DNA from: Phoronis australis
Taxonomy: Eukaryota; Animalia; Phoronida
DNA: 64,000 bases
Assembly: GCA_002633005.1 (NCBI GenBank)
Contig: NMRA01000321.1
Span: forward strand, 430,724 to 494,723
Reading direction: 5' to 3'
The position numbers and the translations under genes were made by a program. The number at the start of each line of letters is the position of its first letter. Within the stretch, counting starts at the first letter, position 1. This document shows, piece by piece, positions 1-12,582 of this stretch. Below the pieces are notes generated by a model. It worked only from the letters and a program-made list of their open reading frames with translations. It was not told the origin of the DNA and made no database searches.

Positions 1-291
1 CGTATCTTTATCTTTATTTTTTTTCTTTAAGTCTTCTTTTTCTTTCACGTTATCCCGCAACAAAGTTGATATGGTTTGGACGCCTTTTAAACGAGTCCTT
101 AAGATTTCATTTTCTTTCAACAAATGTTCTTTCTGCATCTGTAGTGCAGCACAGTTTTCCACTCCAGAATCCCCACTAGACTCTGTTGTCAAGGACGACA
201 CATCTGTCCTGGGCCTGACAGGTAACCCTTCATCTTTAACGACAGTTCTGTTCACAGACATGCTTGGTTTCTTTTCTTTTAATCGCTCCAT
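1..291 (-). CDS. First coding exon (partial, runs off window) of a second TNIP2/ABIN-2-like paralog
   Basis: Acceptor gtattttcag|(305), ATG at 291, open for 97 codons: MERLKEKKPS...ESSGDSGVEN...EHLLKENEILRTRLKGVQTISTLLRDNVKEKEDL. Aligns with exon 33378-33869 (NSSVDSGVGE...EHLKKEN...LKARLNGFQTVSVLLKENVKEK). Not in the ORF track because no stop lies inside the window. Confidence 0.8.
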   Translation of the reverse strand, partial: MERLKEKKPSMSVNRTVVKDEGLPVRPRTDVSSLTTESSGDSGVENCAALQMQKEHLLKENEILRTRLKGVQTISTLLRDNVKEKEDLKKKNKDKDT

Positions 292-1122
292 TTTGCAAAG
301 AAATGCTGAAAATACAATTGACAGACATTCTTAAAAATTTGTATCAAAGAGTGTAAAATTATCTATACACATGGCATTCTAACGTTAAACCTCATGAAGA
401 GAACTCAGATCATGTATAAATTTAATCAGCAATTGTAATTTTTCGATATAGTGAATAGGAATTCGAGAGGATTACCAGTTTGCGCCGCAGCTTCCTCCAA
501 ACTCTTGACTAAAGGGATGACTTGGGGTATAAGATGACCACTAAAACCTCAACAAGCATTGCACCATATCGTTTCTTCACCTGTAAATCCCTAGGAGTTT
601 ATTCGTGCCCGTGAAGCAACTCTCATAGTCGCTCGTGCTCACACACCTCAATGTCAGTGCAGTGTTCTCAGACTGATTAAAGCAATGATTCTGCATCGAT
701 TAGGCCTACTTACAGACTAAAATCTTTTCATTGCTTAATTGTGGAAATGAAAATTTAAAAGAACTATAGCAAAATGAGTGCACACTTAAGGAAAATGTAC
801 AGTTCGTAGAGCAGTTCAAACATTTGTCTGCGTCATAACCTAGAGTATAAAGAGAGAAAACGGGCCCAGAATACGTAGTCGGAGAACTGCTCTTCTTCGA
901 TCTCACGACCTTATTCTGGGACCACGAACGCAAGCACTAGGTGACCGACTTTAATATAGGGCTATGTCGGGCAATGGGGAATTTGACAAGATATAAAAAG
1001 AACGGAAACATTGCAAGGAATACCTTAAAGCTACTTACGGGTAAATTTGAACTGCTGTGTACAACAGGCGGTGACTTGAGTAAACAAACTAGACAAAGAG
1101 CAAAGACCTATTTTTTAACCGA

Positions 1123-1132
1123 GGGAATTTCC
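1123..1132. promoter_or_regulatory. NF-kB consensus site upstream of the left TNIP2-like paralog
   Basis: GGGAATTTCC, ~85 nt upstream of a candidate 5'UTR exon donor (minus-strand gtaagt near 1038); identical to the site at 34817. Confidence 0.5.
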
Positions 1133-2107
1133 AAGTGCAGATTTTGTAAGTGCGTAATCATTCGGAAAGTCTCGAATAATCCCGTTCCCGCGTGGTCACA
1201 GATACTTATCTTTGGCGTGGTTTTGCTGCTGTGCGTGAACTCGGAATCTTGCGTCTTCAAGTGCAAACTTGAAATCAAAACTCATATATTATGTATTCGA
1301 GCACAGGTCTGATAACCACTTATCTTGAGTTCGCATAAAACTGAGCAGAGAAATTGCCCAAAATAATTTCGAGTTCGTTTCGAGTTCAAAGATTAGAGTC
1401 TGGGCCTAGTTGGCCTCGCTAACGCAGCAATTGTTTCCACACATTTTAGAACAGATTCCCGGGGTGTCCAGCCTTTTTGATGTCCGACAGCGGGAATGGG
1501 CGGTGTTCCGTCAAGTTGCGTTAAACACACGGACCGAGTAATTCCAGTAAAGTTACGTGACCTTACCCGTTTTCCCCCCTTGTTATGAATTAAACTGCGA
1601 ATTACAGTCCAGGCGAAATGTATTTCTCTCTCAAAGTCAGTCAATCGACTCGATTGTGGTCAAGTTCTAATTTACATGCGAAGTTGTATTATGAGTTATA
1701 TATATATGTTTTAGGGTTTCGGAAAAGCCGCAGGTCACTAACATGGTCGTGACGACCCACACGTAAATGTGAACAATTAATTGTACTTGTCGTAAACAAC
1801 TACATTGCTTTGTGACCCCAGCGGCCGGTCATGACAGTTTGCGGCGTTCTTTACGAGTCAATGTAACCCGGGATGCCAGAAGGCGATTAATATACATGTA
1901 TGCCAATTGTTTTCATTATTGATTCCAGTCAAGCTGTTGTTCGGTCGGGCTAGTTGATCAGGCATGTATCATGATCTGCATGTACTTATTTTACTTAATT
2001 CATTCCCACTATGGAAGTCCGACAAAAGGCGGTTTAAGCACCAAACCCAAAACCTATGCCAAGTGCGCATAGAGGGCTAGAGTTCAAGGTCTGTGCCTTT
2101 GTAATCA

Positions 2108-2929
2108 CATAGGCGGATTTAGGGGGGGGCCCAGGGGGCCCGGGCCCCCCCCCCCCCCCCCTTGGCTGCCGCAAAAAAAATTAAACAGTAAGAGCGTAGG
2201 GAAATGGTGAGTTTATTAATTAACCCCGGTAATTAAAATTATACGGATGAAAAAAGATTTAAATGTGTGCAGTTTTAGTGTTTGGGGGGGGGGNNNNNNN
2301 NNNNNNNNNNNNNNNNNNNNNNNNNNNNNNNNNNNNNNNNNNNNNNNNNNNNNNNNNNNNNNNNNNNNNNNNNNNNNNNNNNNNNNNNNNNNNNNNNNNN
2401 NNNNNNNNNNNNNNNNNNNNNNNNNNNNNNNNNNNNNNNNNNNNNNNNNNNNNNNNNNNNNNNNNNNNNNNNNNNNNNNNNNNNNNNNNNNNNNNNNNNN
2501 NNNNNNNNNNNNNNNNNNNNNNNNNNNNNNNNNNNNNNNNNNNNNNNNNNNNNNNNNNNNNNNNNNNNNNNNNNNNNNNNNNNNNNNNNNNNNNNNNNNN
2601 NNNNNNNNNNNNNNNNNNNNNNNNNNNNNNNNNNNNNNNNNNNNNNNNNNNNNNNNNNNNNNNNNNNNNNNNNNNNNNNNNNNNNNNNNNNNNNNNNNNN
2701 NNNNNNNNNNNNNNNNNNNNNNNNNNNNNNNNNNNNNNNNNNNNNNNNNNNNNNNNNNNNNNNNNNNNNNNNNNNNNNNNNNNNNNNNNNNNNNNNNGGC
2801 AAACCCCCCTCCCGACCTCCCCCCATTCGGTGCTATGCGCATCTACAATCGTGGTTCAGTTTGCGCAAATGCTTACAGCCGGACAAAATGTTGGGCCCCC
2901 CCCCTTGTGATATCCTAGATCCGCCACTG
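2108..2929 (+). mobile_element. MITE family A copy (contains the assembly gap)
   Basis: Ends CATAGGCGGATTTAGG...CCTAGATCCGCCACTG, 5-bp TSD AATCA; sequenced parts nearly identical to 10538-11306. Confidence 0.85.
2294..2797. other. Assembly gap (504 N)
   Basis: Run of N; the track ORFs at 2216-2959 are artefacts of it. Confidence 0.99.
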
Positions 2930-4420
2930 AATCAACGGAAAAATACAAGTATCCTATAATTAGCGAGCCAAAGTTTTCATTGTCTTATATTGAGGCAACG
3001 AATCATTGACGGGTATCGTTACCGAGGAATCAAAGCAGCCGTATATCGTTAACTGAATTGCTAGATGCCACTGAGACCGACCGTTCAGCATGTTGTGTTT
3101 TAAAAACTGGCATGTTTATGCAACCACATGTACATATAAGTGGTCCAACTCAGCTGAGTCGGAGGCTATCTATGACCTAAATAAACGACCTAAATCAAGT
3201 ATCGAAAAAACTATGCTTTCTCTGCCATTAAAAGTATATATTTTCGGAAAGAGAAAGATCGAGGATTATAAAAGTATACGTGAACTCTACTGTGTCATTG
3301 TCACGTGACCACGTTTTTGAAGTCAAATTGTAATAATGCAAGGAAGATACATTCATATCAAAAAACGAAACGATTTTACTAAGACTTTTTTTTAAATTAA
3401 AACTTTACGTTATCTCTCAAAAACGACGTGTTTTATTCCAAATGAACGCGCATTTTGGTAAAAAATGTAGTAATATTCGTATATCGCTAGGTACGCGAAA
3501 ACTAGGCCTTTAATGCAAATTTCTGACAAACCCGAAGGGCTGATTGAATTCAAATTAGTTATTGTAAGATATTTATGCTCTGTTGCCCGTTCCAAACTCA
3601 AATCTAAGATTCAGTTGTCTCTACTTCAAAGTTTGAAACTCCCTCATCCGGTGAGATAGTCAAATAAAATTGACCAGAATTTGAGATTTGTCTTAGCTAA
3701 GTCAGTTTTCCTGGAACGGGCCCCTGTTCTCTAGAACAATGCTGAATTTATTTAAACTTCTTGTTTTTGCGTAAGATGGTAATGATTTGTAGAAGAATAA
3801 CTTTAAAGTTGTGCTCAAGAGGAAAACTAATATTTATCATGCTGTTTTTTGAGATCATGTCCTCTTACAAAAAATTATGGCACTTTGCTGACAATTTTGC
3901 ATGCAATGAGATTGCCTGCAACTATTTGCTAATTTTAATGAGGTAGTCACGTGACACATTCAACGGCAGATATTACTTCTCTATTTCACACGCGTTTATT
4001 ACACTCAAAATTGCATTCTTAAGTAAAGTTCTAATCAGCTGTTTAGGTGCACCGACTGGCTGTTTAATTTACTCTAACTAAGAATAATTACGAACACTAT
4101 ATATGGGCATTTATACGTGTGACATAATGAAACCGATGTTCGCAACACAACTCCCCTGGTGAGATCGACCATTTCAGTAAACAAATACACGAGTTCAAAT
4201 AAAGCCTCTAACTGGATCATAGCAGGAAGTATGAAGTTTCGAGGAAGTTCCTGCATCAGCTCCGCCTCATCGACCGCCGGTATAAATAAGCTTGTTTCAT
4301 TCTAGGATTCACACTACCATTCAACGAACCTTGACACGTTCAGAAAGACACGTGCAAGACATTGAGGAATCAGCATTACAGGAACTATGAATAATAAAAA
4401 AATAAAAATATCAATATAAA

Positions 4421-4636
4421 CAGTGGCGCATCTACGTTTTCAGTAAGGGGGGGATAGGATTCGAGTGAATCCGAGGCGCGTAGCGCCGTGCAGAACGGGG
4501 GGACACCCCCTCCCGTGTAAGATTTTTTGTGGTTTTTAGTAGCTGATTTTGATTTTTCAGGCGATTCTTTTTTCAATTTTTGTTTTTGATCCTGTCCCGA
4601 GGGGAGGTGGATGAACCCCCTGTAAATCCGCCTCTA
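4421..4636 (-). mobile_element. MITE related to family A
   Basis: CAGTGGCGCATCTA...TAAATCCGCCTCTA, 5-bp TSD ATAAA. Confidence 0.7.
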
Positions 4637-5513
4637 ATAAAGATATGTCTTACACTGAAGTGACAGATAAGCCTAATTCGGACTGGGTAACAGATCGTTA
4701 TTACAGTTCCTAAGCTGGCTGGTATTTATGAACAACGCTAAAATTACTAGCATTACGTAAAAGTAGTACATAAACTAATCGTCATCAACTGAAATATGTC
4801 CATGTATACCCAACACGACAGTTATAAGGAGTTGTCTGTATCGAACTAATCATCTCCTCAGTCTGCATGGTGCCAGACTTAGATGTGTGATATACATGTA
4901 CCTACATGTAGGCTGGCGTTGCCTGTGCGAAGTTAGTTAAAATATATTCTGTAAAATTAACCCATACGATTTGCCAATATAACAGCTACAGTACCTGAAG
5001 TAGAGTAGGCCCTATATGTTTCGTTCAGTAGAAGTATGATTTTTCTGTTCTTCCTGAACGATAGATAAATCAGTGTGCACTGGTACATTTACAATTCGTA
5101 ATGAAGACTATGAACAAAAGTTTAACCTATACTGGATTTAATTGGAAATAATTTGCAACGGCGACTTAAGTGACAGGCCCAGACGACTGGTGGAGAGTGC
5201 CGGAATTGAGTCGAATGTATCTTAACTGGTTCTCGATCCAACAGTGCGGCCGATTCTAGAACAGGAAAAACACCTTCTCATCTGACTTACATGTAACCTT
5301 GGCAAAGCCAATTTATTAGTGCCGTTGTTTTGTACTGTACAATTAAAGCCGTCGTCTCCTGGGGTTGAAAAAGCATTCAAAGATCGACTCATCTATACTC
5401 ACCAATTTAGAACCCAATACAAGTTTCGTTAGACGAAAGATACGACGTAATTTTATAACTTTCACACCTCTTTGTGTTTGACTTGGTTTACTATACACTA
5501 TCTTAAAGTCCTG

Positions 5514-5663
5514 GGCCCAGTTGCATAAAAGTTATACGCCGTATAGCAACAATGACGTCGCATTATCACGCGACACGTTGTTATTGTTGAACAATGCACA
5601 TGACGTCATGCAACAATCAAACTTATCCAGCGGATAACTTTTGAAGCTTTATGCAACTCAGCC
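5514..5663. mobile_element. PIF/Harbinger-like MITE
   Basis: TIR GGCCCAGTTGCATAAA / TTTATGCAACTCAGCC (14/16), 3-bp TSD CTG; related internal fragment inverted near 21250-21300. Confidence 0.7.
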
Positions 5664-6469
5664 CTGGTCTCACACGTTGTTAACCCTTATTACCTGGTTA
5701 GAGGATGTTATAAGGATCCAAGAGTACCTACTCCATAACTAATACACGATCCGTACTCGAAAAAAGTTTAAATGAACGCGCCACTCACGATTCGCACCCG
5801 AAGAAACACCGCCATTTTGAACTTGCCGCGAACCCGAAAGTACAATTCATTTAGGAACCCAGGCTAAGGAAAACGCCGACAGTGAGAATGGACGACTGCC
5901 TGTTACTAGCCTGCAAACGGGGGTAAAATAATGGACAGCTCACCTTAATTTTAATAAAACCAAAATACGGACAATTTTATCGAATTTGCTGAAGAAATGT
6001 GGCGAATAAATTTTGACAGAAATGTTGCCGGGCTCGGGACCGCAGCCTATTGGACCCAGTGCGGAGCGAGACACTGGCGAACGGTAAAGGCATGCGATTG
6101 CAAGCTGTTTTGTCGAAATGTTCAAATCATTAATGCCGAATATATTCAAAGGTAGTTTCAGACACTTGCATGAAATTACGGCCTGGTTAATCCTGTGTCA
6201 CACTGCCGCGGCAGCCCTTATTAGCTAGCCTCAGTGCCAGCTACCAGTATGAAGACTACCGTCAAAATACAGCCAGCTTGTTAGTAGGCCCATACAGCTT
6301 TGGACCAAGGTTACCCTTAGGCCTACCTGGTCGCTGGCCACAGCACTCGCTCAAACGAGGTTTATTTAGAATTTGGGAACATCTGGCGAACTGTGCAAAG
6401 TTGTTGGCTTTCAACAGAGATTTTCCCAGACTTTGCATGAGCGCACCAAGATTAAAAAATGGGAGGCTG

Positions 6470-6594
6470 CAGGGGCGGATCCAGGATTTTGAGTTAGGGG
6501 GGGCAGGACGTACAGAGTATTGGCCAGGACAGAGTATTGGCCAGGATTTTAGGGGGGCCATGGCCCCCTTAGCCCCCCTCTAAATCCGCCACTG
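6470..6594. mobile_element. Short MITE related to family A
   Basis: CAGGGGCGGATCCAGG...TAAATCCGCCACTG, 5-bp TSD GGCTG. Confidence 0.75.
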
Positions 6595-9500
6595 GGCTGG
6601 AATTTTTGAGAATGTCTATCTTTTACTATAAGATTCACTGAGCATGTTCAAAGTTATGAATTGCAGACGCTTGGTACTTCCTGTCTTCTAGTGGAATATC
6701 GTCTCGTTTTCTACTTTTTTCTGAGTTCGTGCTTCTCTGACTGAGGCAGACTTTTTTCATTTCTCCAAATAGGGGGCTCGTTCGAGCACATGAAGTGGGA
6801 CAAGTCCTATACAAAATGTTATCATTTTTTATTCATTAAGCCAAAATGATTCAAAATGCACAATACTTTACAAAATTCAGCATTACAAACACTATTCAAC
6901 AGCAAAAGTTTCTACGATATGAAAGTGGACATACATGTGAGTATTTCCTTGGTGACCGAATACTGTTTCCTTACACCAGAGTTTGACAAGCATGATAAAA
7001 AATATGAAGTTGCAAGGAATAAGAATTGGAGACTTGAAGCTTCACAATACAACATAGCTTATTTTTCAAAATTAAGATTATTCATATTGTTGACTTGATA
7101 ATCTGAATTAGGAAGCAATAAGTTACAAAACATGACTAGAAAGCAATTGAGACTTAAAATTTAGAAATTTAGAAAAATATGAATCATTTTGTGACACCTA
7201 ATCAAGCCTTTAACTGCAGTTGACAGTCAAACAAAAAATATTTCAAAATCATTTCAACTATTTTTTAGCTAAGTGTAAGCCAGGTCACCTGCATGGGAAA
7301 TTTAGAGTAAAATAATTTGAATATATCTTATATTTTTGCACCAAAAACACGAGAATTGAACAAAGGTCCTTTTTTTGTCAAAATGTATCAACGTTAAACC
7401 TTCACAAATTACAAAGTAACACGTTGAACATGGCTTCCAGTTCAACAAAATTCACCATGTTGTCGGTGCCGCCAGAAATGAGACAAGTCCAACGGGTATT
7501 GTGAGCACATTTATCACTTAATGTGTAACAATTGCGAGGCTGAAATTTGGTGAACACTGTTGAATCGTACAGAATAGTAAGTAAAGGCATGTCTCACTAA
7601 ATTTCACCGTAAATTGTTGGCGAAAACAATTTACACAAAGTAACTTATACCGCTGTCCTCCAATATGGCCTACGCGATCCAAACTAACTGACCCAAATTT
7701 TGCCACAAAAATTGCAATAACTTTGCCCCGATTTTGATACTTTTTCGATTTTTACCGAGTAGAATGCACTACTTTTCCATTGATAGCAAAGCACTTTTTC
7801 AAAACGAGAAAAAAATCAAAACGGAAAAAATTGGTTCCACTCATATTGGTTAATAGGTTCGACTTCCAGACATAAGGAACTAAACACCAATGCTATTTTA
7901 ACATAATAAGTACGCGTAACATTCCAAAACAATTCAACGACCACTAACTAGAAACTATAAATACACTAAACACACAAACGAATCACGACATATTACTAAT
8001 AAAACAAAATAATGAAGACTTTTCGAGCAAGTGATAGCACATTCAGTTACAAGGAAAAAATGGCGGCGTTCAGGACAAGTTCCTGAACTGATGAGCCGGA
8101 AATGTGGGTACGGAAATAACCGATGACAGCGGGTAATTATACGCTCACAGAGAAGGTCAAATACTGTAAAAAATCGCTTTTGGCAAGAACGGCGAAAAGA
8201 ATATAAAGAAAGGGTGTCGAAAATAAGATTTTATGTAGTAAGTATTTTCGGATACTGGAACCACTTTAAAGTACTGGGCGTGGTTTCCAGGGAAACCCTA
8301 TTACGCATGGCGGCTATTGAGTGAAATAAAAAAAAAAAAATTCAGTTCAATTAAATTTTAAATATTTGGATTTGTGTTGGATGAACATTATTCTGGGCAA
8401 AAGTTGGGATTGAATTAACTTTGGTTAAAATCCGTTTTGACGTGTTAAAACTACGAGAGTATTTTTGAGACAATGTGAGGTATTATACTTTGTACGCACC
8501 TGTGTACCCGAGAAATGTTGAATCTCATACGAACTGTTATCGGAATCCAACCAAGTACACATGTAGGTATAAGGTCCGTAACGTAAGTGGTCATATTTTC
8601 GTAGAGCGAACATCTAGCGGTCATAACGGGAAACCTAAGTTGCAGTGCAGTGTCGGCTACCGTATTACAAAATGTTATAATGCCTATGCCATTTCAATGC
8701 AAATACGAGGTGACGACTATTTCACCTTACTTTGACAAGTGACTGTGGTGCCAGCCTCAGTATCAAGTATGTACGTTAATGGAGTCGGATTGTAAACAAT
8801 AATCCATTCCTTTATATGGCATTGCATATGACAATCGTGAATTCAATATCCCGAAAGCGAAGAAAGGCGACTTCAGTTGACAGTTTCTTAGCTCCATCAC
8901 GGATATGTGACGTATAAACGTGCCCAGCCGACATCTAGTGGGTCATGTCCACCAATATACATCCGGGTTTCTTGTTCAAGCTGATGAAATATCCGCTCAT
9001 CGATGTCTCGCGGGAATGTGAAAATAGACACAGGCAGTCTGTTCAAATGCTAAGTAATTGTCACTGCCATCACAAACACAACGTCTTGCTCTTCCTTATT
9101 GTAGGCCTACTACAGACCACACATGAACTGCAATATCTGTTGATTGTTCACTAAACACAATTAACGGAGGGTAGTGCAAAGTGCAACGTAGTAGGCCTAT
9201 ATGTGTGTTGATAAAGCAGTAGGCCGAAGACACAACGGTAAATCGAAGACATGTTCGTATAGGACCTTCACTGACGTTCCGTTCCCGAGAAACACTCTTC
9301 GTATATGCCGTGACGTTCTGGTTGTATTAAAAGACATAGTGTCCCTAAAGACTGCTGTGACCTCGATCGACTTACACTTGTGTGCAATGTTAAACTGCGG
9401 ATACACAAGTAGTCAGCTCTTCAAAACTAAGTTGGCACAAATGCTCATGTCTCCTATGGTACGCTGTATACTTATGCAGACTTATCGATGTTGTATAACC

Positions 9501-10537
9501 ACTGGGTGCAGAGCAATATGCTCTACATATAGCGACGCGCAGTAGAGTTTCGCACACCCCAACACGACATCATGTAGGCTATCAGTTGCATCAGGAAGAC
9601 ATTCCTTCATGGTTGCATGTACTTTACGTCAGTGAACTATACCAATGTCCATACTTGTTCCCGTCATAGTTGTTTAAGGCATTCCTTTTGATATCTCACG
9701 ACATGATAGAATGGCTCGTGCCGTTCCCGTGGCCTTACCGCAGTGGCGGGATATTCAGTCTGCCTTGTTGACGATTGCATCGACATCATTTTCAGCCTAA
9801 ATAGAGAGCAAGCTTGTCATGGTTCACACTAATAATTTTGGTGTCACATCGAGTAAAAAGCTTGATTATAAATCTTTTTGGTTTTAAACTGATCGAAAGA
9901 CATCAAACTGCTTCCATAAGTGGAGTTTTTGTATGAAAAAATTAGGACAGGTCTGATCAGAGAACACATGAGACCAGGCACAGGAAACGCAAAGTTCACA
10001 ATGGTGGCGTCTTGTTTGTTGATATACGAATAAATAATGACTCAAAAATTAAGTACAACATGCCGATTTTGGCCAACGACGGAGATCACTATGGGAAAAC
10101 AAAGGCTATTGACAAATTGCATGACTAGAATGACGGAGATTTCTCACAATACGAAGATGGATGCACCGAATAATTTGAGGGCAAACGGATAAAAAGGTCA
10201 TGGAAGAAGTACAGAAAAACAATGAGCATTTCAACCGCGCTGGGAGCAGACGACTCCGGCGTCAGCCCTGTGATCGAACGGCTTCACGGTGATAGGAAGT
10301 AGCGAATTAGACTACGAAAACGTTACCATCTGAAGTTTTGTAAGATGCAACGGGTATTTCACGCCGTGTGTTTCACCTGAAGATAGTTCTTAATGTCTTC
10401 CGCCATTTTGTTTCGAAACTATACAAAGTAGATAGAATTACCTGCTTCGGTAGCTTGTCGACCGTAAAAGGATACCTAACCCCGCGGTTTTGGTTCATTA
10501 ACAGATACTGAAAATGACTTTTCCGCCTTGTTCTATG

Positions 10538-11306
10538 CATAGGCGGATTTAGGGGGGAGAGGCGCAGGGGGCCCGGCCACCCCCCCCCCCTCTTGGCTGC
10601 CGCAAAAAATAAAACGGTAAGAGCGTAGGGAAATGTTGAGTTTATTAATTAACCCCGGTAATTAAAATTATACAGATGAAAAAAGACTTAAATGTGTGCA
10701 GTTTTAGTGTTGGGGGGGGGGGNTCGAAGCCTTAGTGAATCTTTCAGAAACTCGCAATACTCTCTTTGTCCCTTAACTTAAGACGATTTCCAAAACAATC
10801 CCGTCATTATTGCGTCATTATTGCCAACGCGAAAAACGGATTTGGTCTTTTGGACATTTGAAGACTATTTTAAATACGACAAATTTGTTAAGAATTGATG
10901 GCACAAAATATAAAACGTATAATACGCATTACAAAAAGAAGTAGGTTTCAGGCGCAAACGCTGTGGACCATAAACAAGTAGGTCTCTTAGTATGAAAGCA
11001 GTAACTCGTGGTGGTGTAGTGGTAACGCACGCGCGCTTTATCCGCCAGGTCGTGAGTTCGAGCCTTTGGTTCTTGCAGTTTTTTTCCGTTTGACACGTTC
11101 TCCTTTTTTGCCTTTTTTTCTTGGATAATACTTCAGGAATCAAGGAAATTCCTGATTTTTAGAGGTAAAAACAGAAAAATTTCCTGGGCGGGAGGGGGGT
11201 TTCCCCCCATTCGGTGCTGTGCGCAACTACAATCGTGGTTTGCGAAAATGCTTACAGCCGGACAAAATGTTGGCCCCCCCCTTGTGATATCCTAGATCCG
11301 CCACTG
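10538..11306 (+). mobile_element. Full-length MITE family A copy with internal tRNA-like A/B boxes
   Basis: CATAGGCGGATTTAGG...CCTAGATCCGCCACTG, TSD CTATG; internal TGGTGTAGTGG (11012-11022) and GAGTTCGAGCC (11054-11064). Confidence 0.85.
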
Positions 11307-12582
11307 CTATGACACGAAGAAACCCTTTGACCTCGACAGCCCCCATGCATGTACCATTCGAGAAAATTTTTGAAAACTTATTTTAATTAAAGTCTGCTAC
11401 ATGGGCAAGCCTGACCTACGCTTTTAGTACGAATTACACGGTAACTGTAGGGACGACCACCCACCAAGGATCATAACGTTAAATTTTGAAATTAGAGTTG
11501 TGCGTTTTTAGTTGATTCCTGCGTTTATATTGAAGATTAACGCCAGTGATCCATTAGCTTGTGACAGAACAAGTGGTTGAAATCATGAAACCGGGTTTCT
11601 TGTTCTTAAATCAATCACGCTTCGAAGAATTCAGTGTGGATGTAAGTTACATGCAAGTCCACGAAGCAACCCTTTTGACCACTTCATCAAACTACTAGCT
11701 TGCCGTCGTTTCCACATTGTCAACGGGGCAACTCATCATACATTTCATGACTATCGCTTCTTACCATTTAACGATGAACCCTGCGTTATTTGTTGAAACT
11801 TTTGGCGTCGTCTTTCTTGTCGTTTCTGAGCTTCGTTTTCATGTAGAGAAACGGTCTGTTGCGAGCGGCTGCATTCACTGTCAACTTCACGATAGAGTTC
11901 AACCAGTTTAGCATTAATCTGCTTGAGTTCTGCAAAGTATTACAATGCTGTTGGAAGCCATGAAGGTACGCATATAACACACTTGGAAAACAAACAAAAA
12001 AACTTTCAATTGGCTGTCAGAGACATAAAGCCTGTAGTGGGGAGTTCATCAATGAGAATATATCAAAACACGTGTCACCCCATGCACGTAGTACACGTAT
12101 AGTGTACTTCAGGCTATATGTGACCCTACACTGACAGAGCTTTGTCCGCCATGTATGTGGTTGACGCCATTAAGTTCCCCCGGTACTTACGCTAATGCCA
12201 TTAAATGGTGGCCTTTAATTCAGTCTTCTCCCTCTCCGCGCGGTTTCTACATTCTCGACACCTTTATACAGCCTGTTTACTTGTTTTTCCGTGCTTTTGC
12301 AAGGGGTCATATGTGGACAAATGTCTTTCATGTTTTGCCCGAATTTTCCATAAAATCTTTTTCATGTTCTCTTTTATGTTCTTGCCCGAATTTCCATATT
12401 TTTGCTGGGGAAGGAACAATTGAATAATTGACCCCTTGTCCCCTATCTAATTTGCCGATGCGTGATAGTACACACTTCCTACACTGATGCTAAAACAATA
12501 TTCGATGACTCATCTTCACCTCATAATGGTGGCTGCAAAGCCTTTTCAATTCAAATAATCTTAACCACTCGTGCGGCTCTGT

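Noticed and set aside
2216-2959. Five long ORFs in the track
   Set aside because: Artefacts of translating the N gap.
8930-11980. Decayed coding-like segments sharing GAACAAGAAACCCGG (~8964 and ~11591)
   Set aside because: Only a 15-bp match, many stops, and no family recognised.
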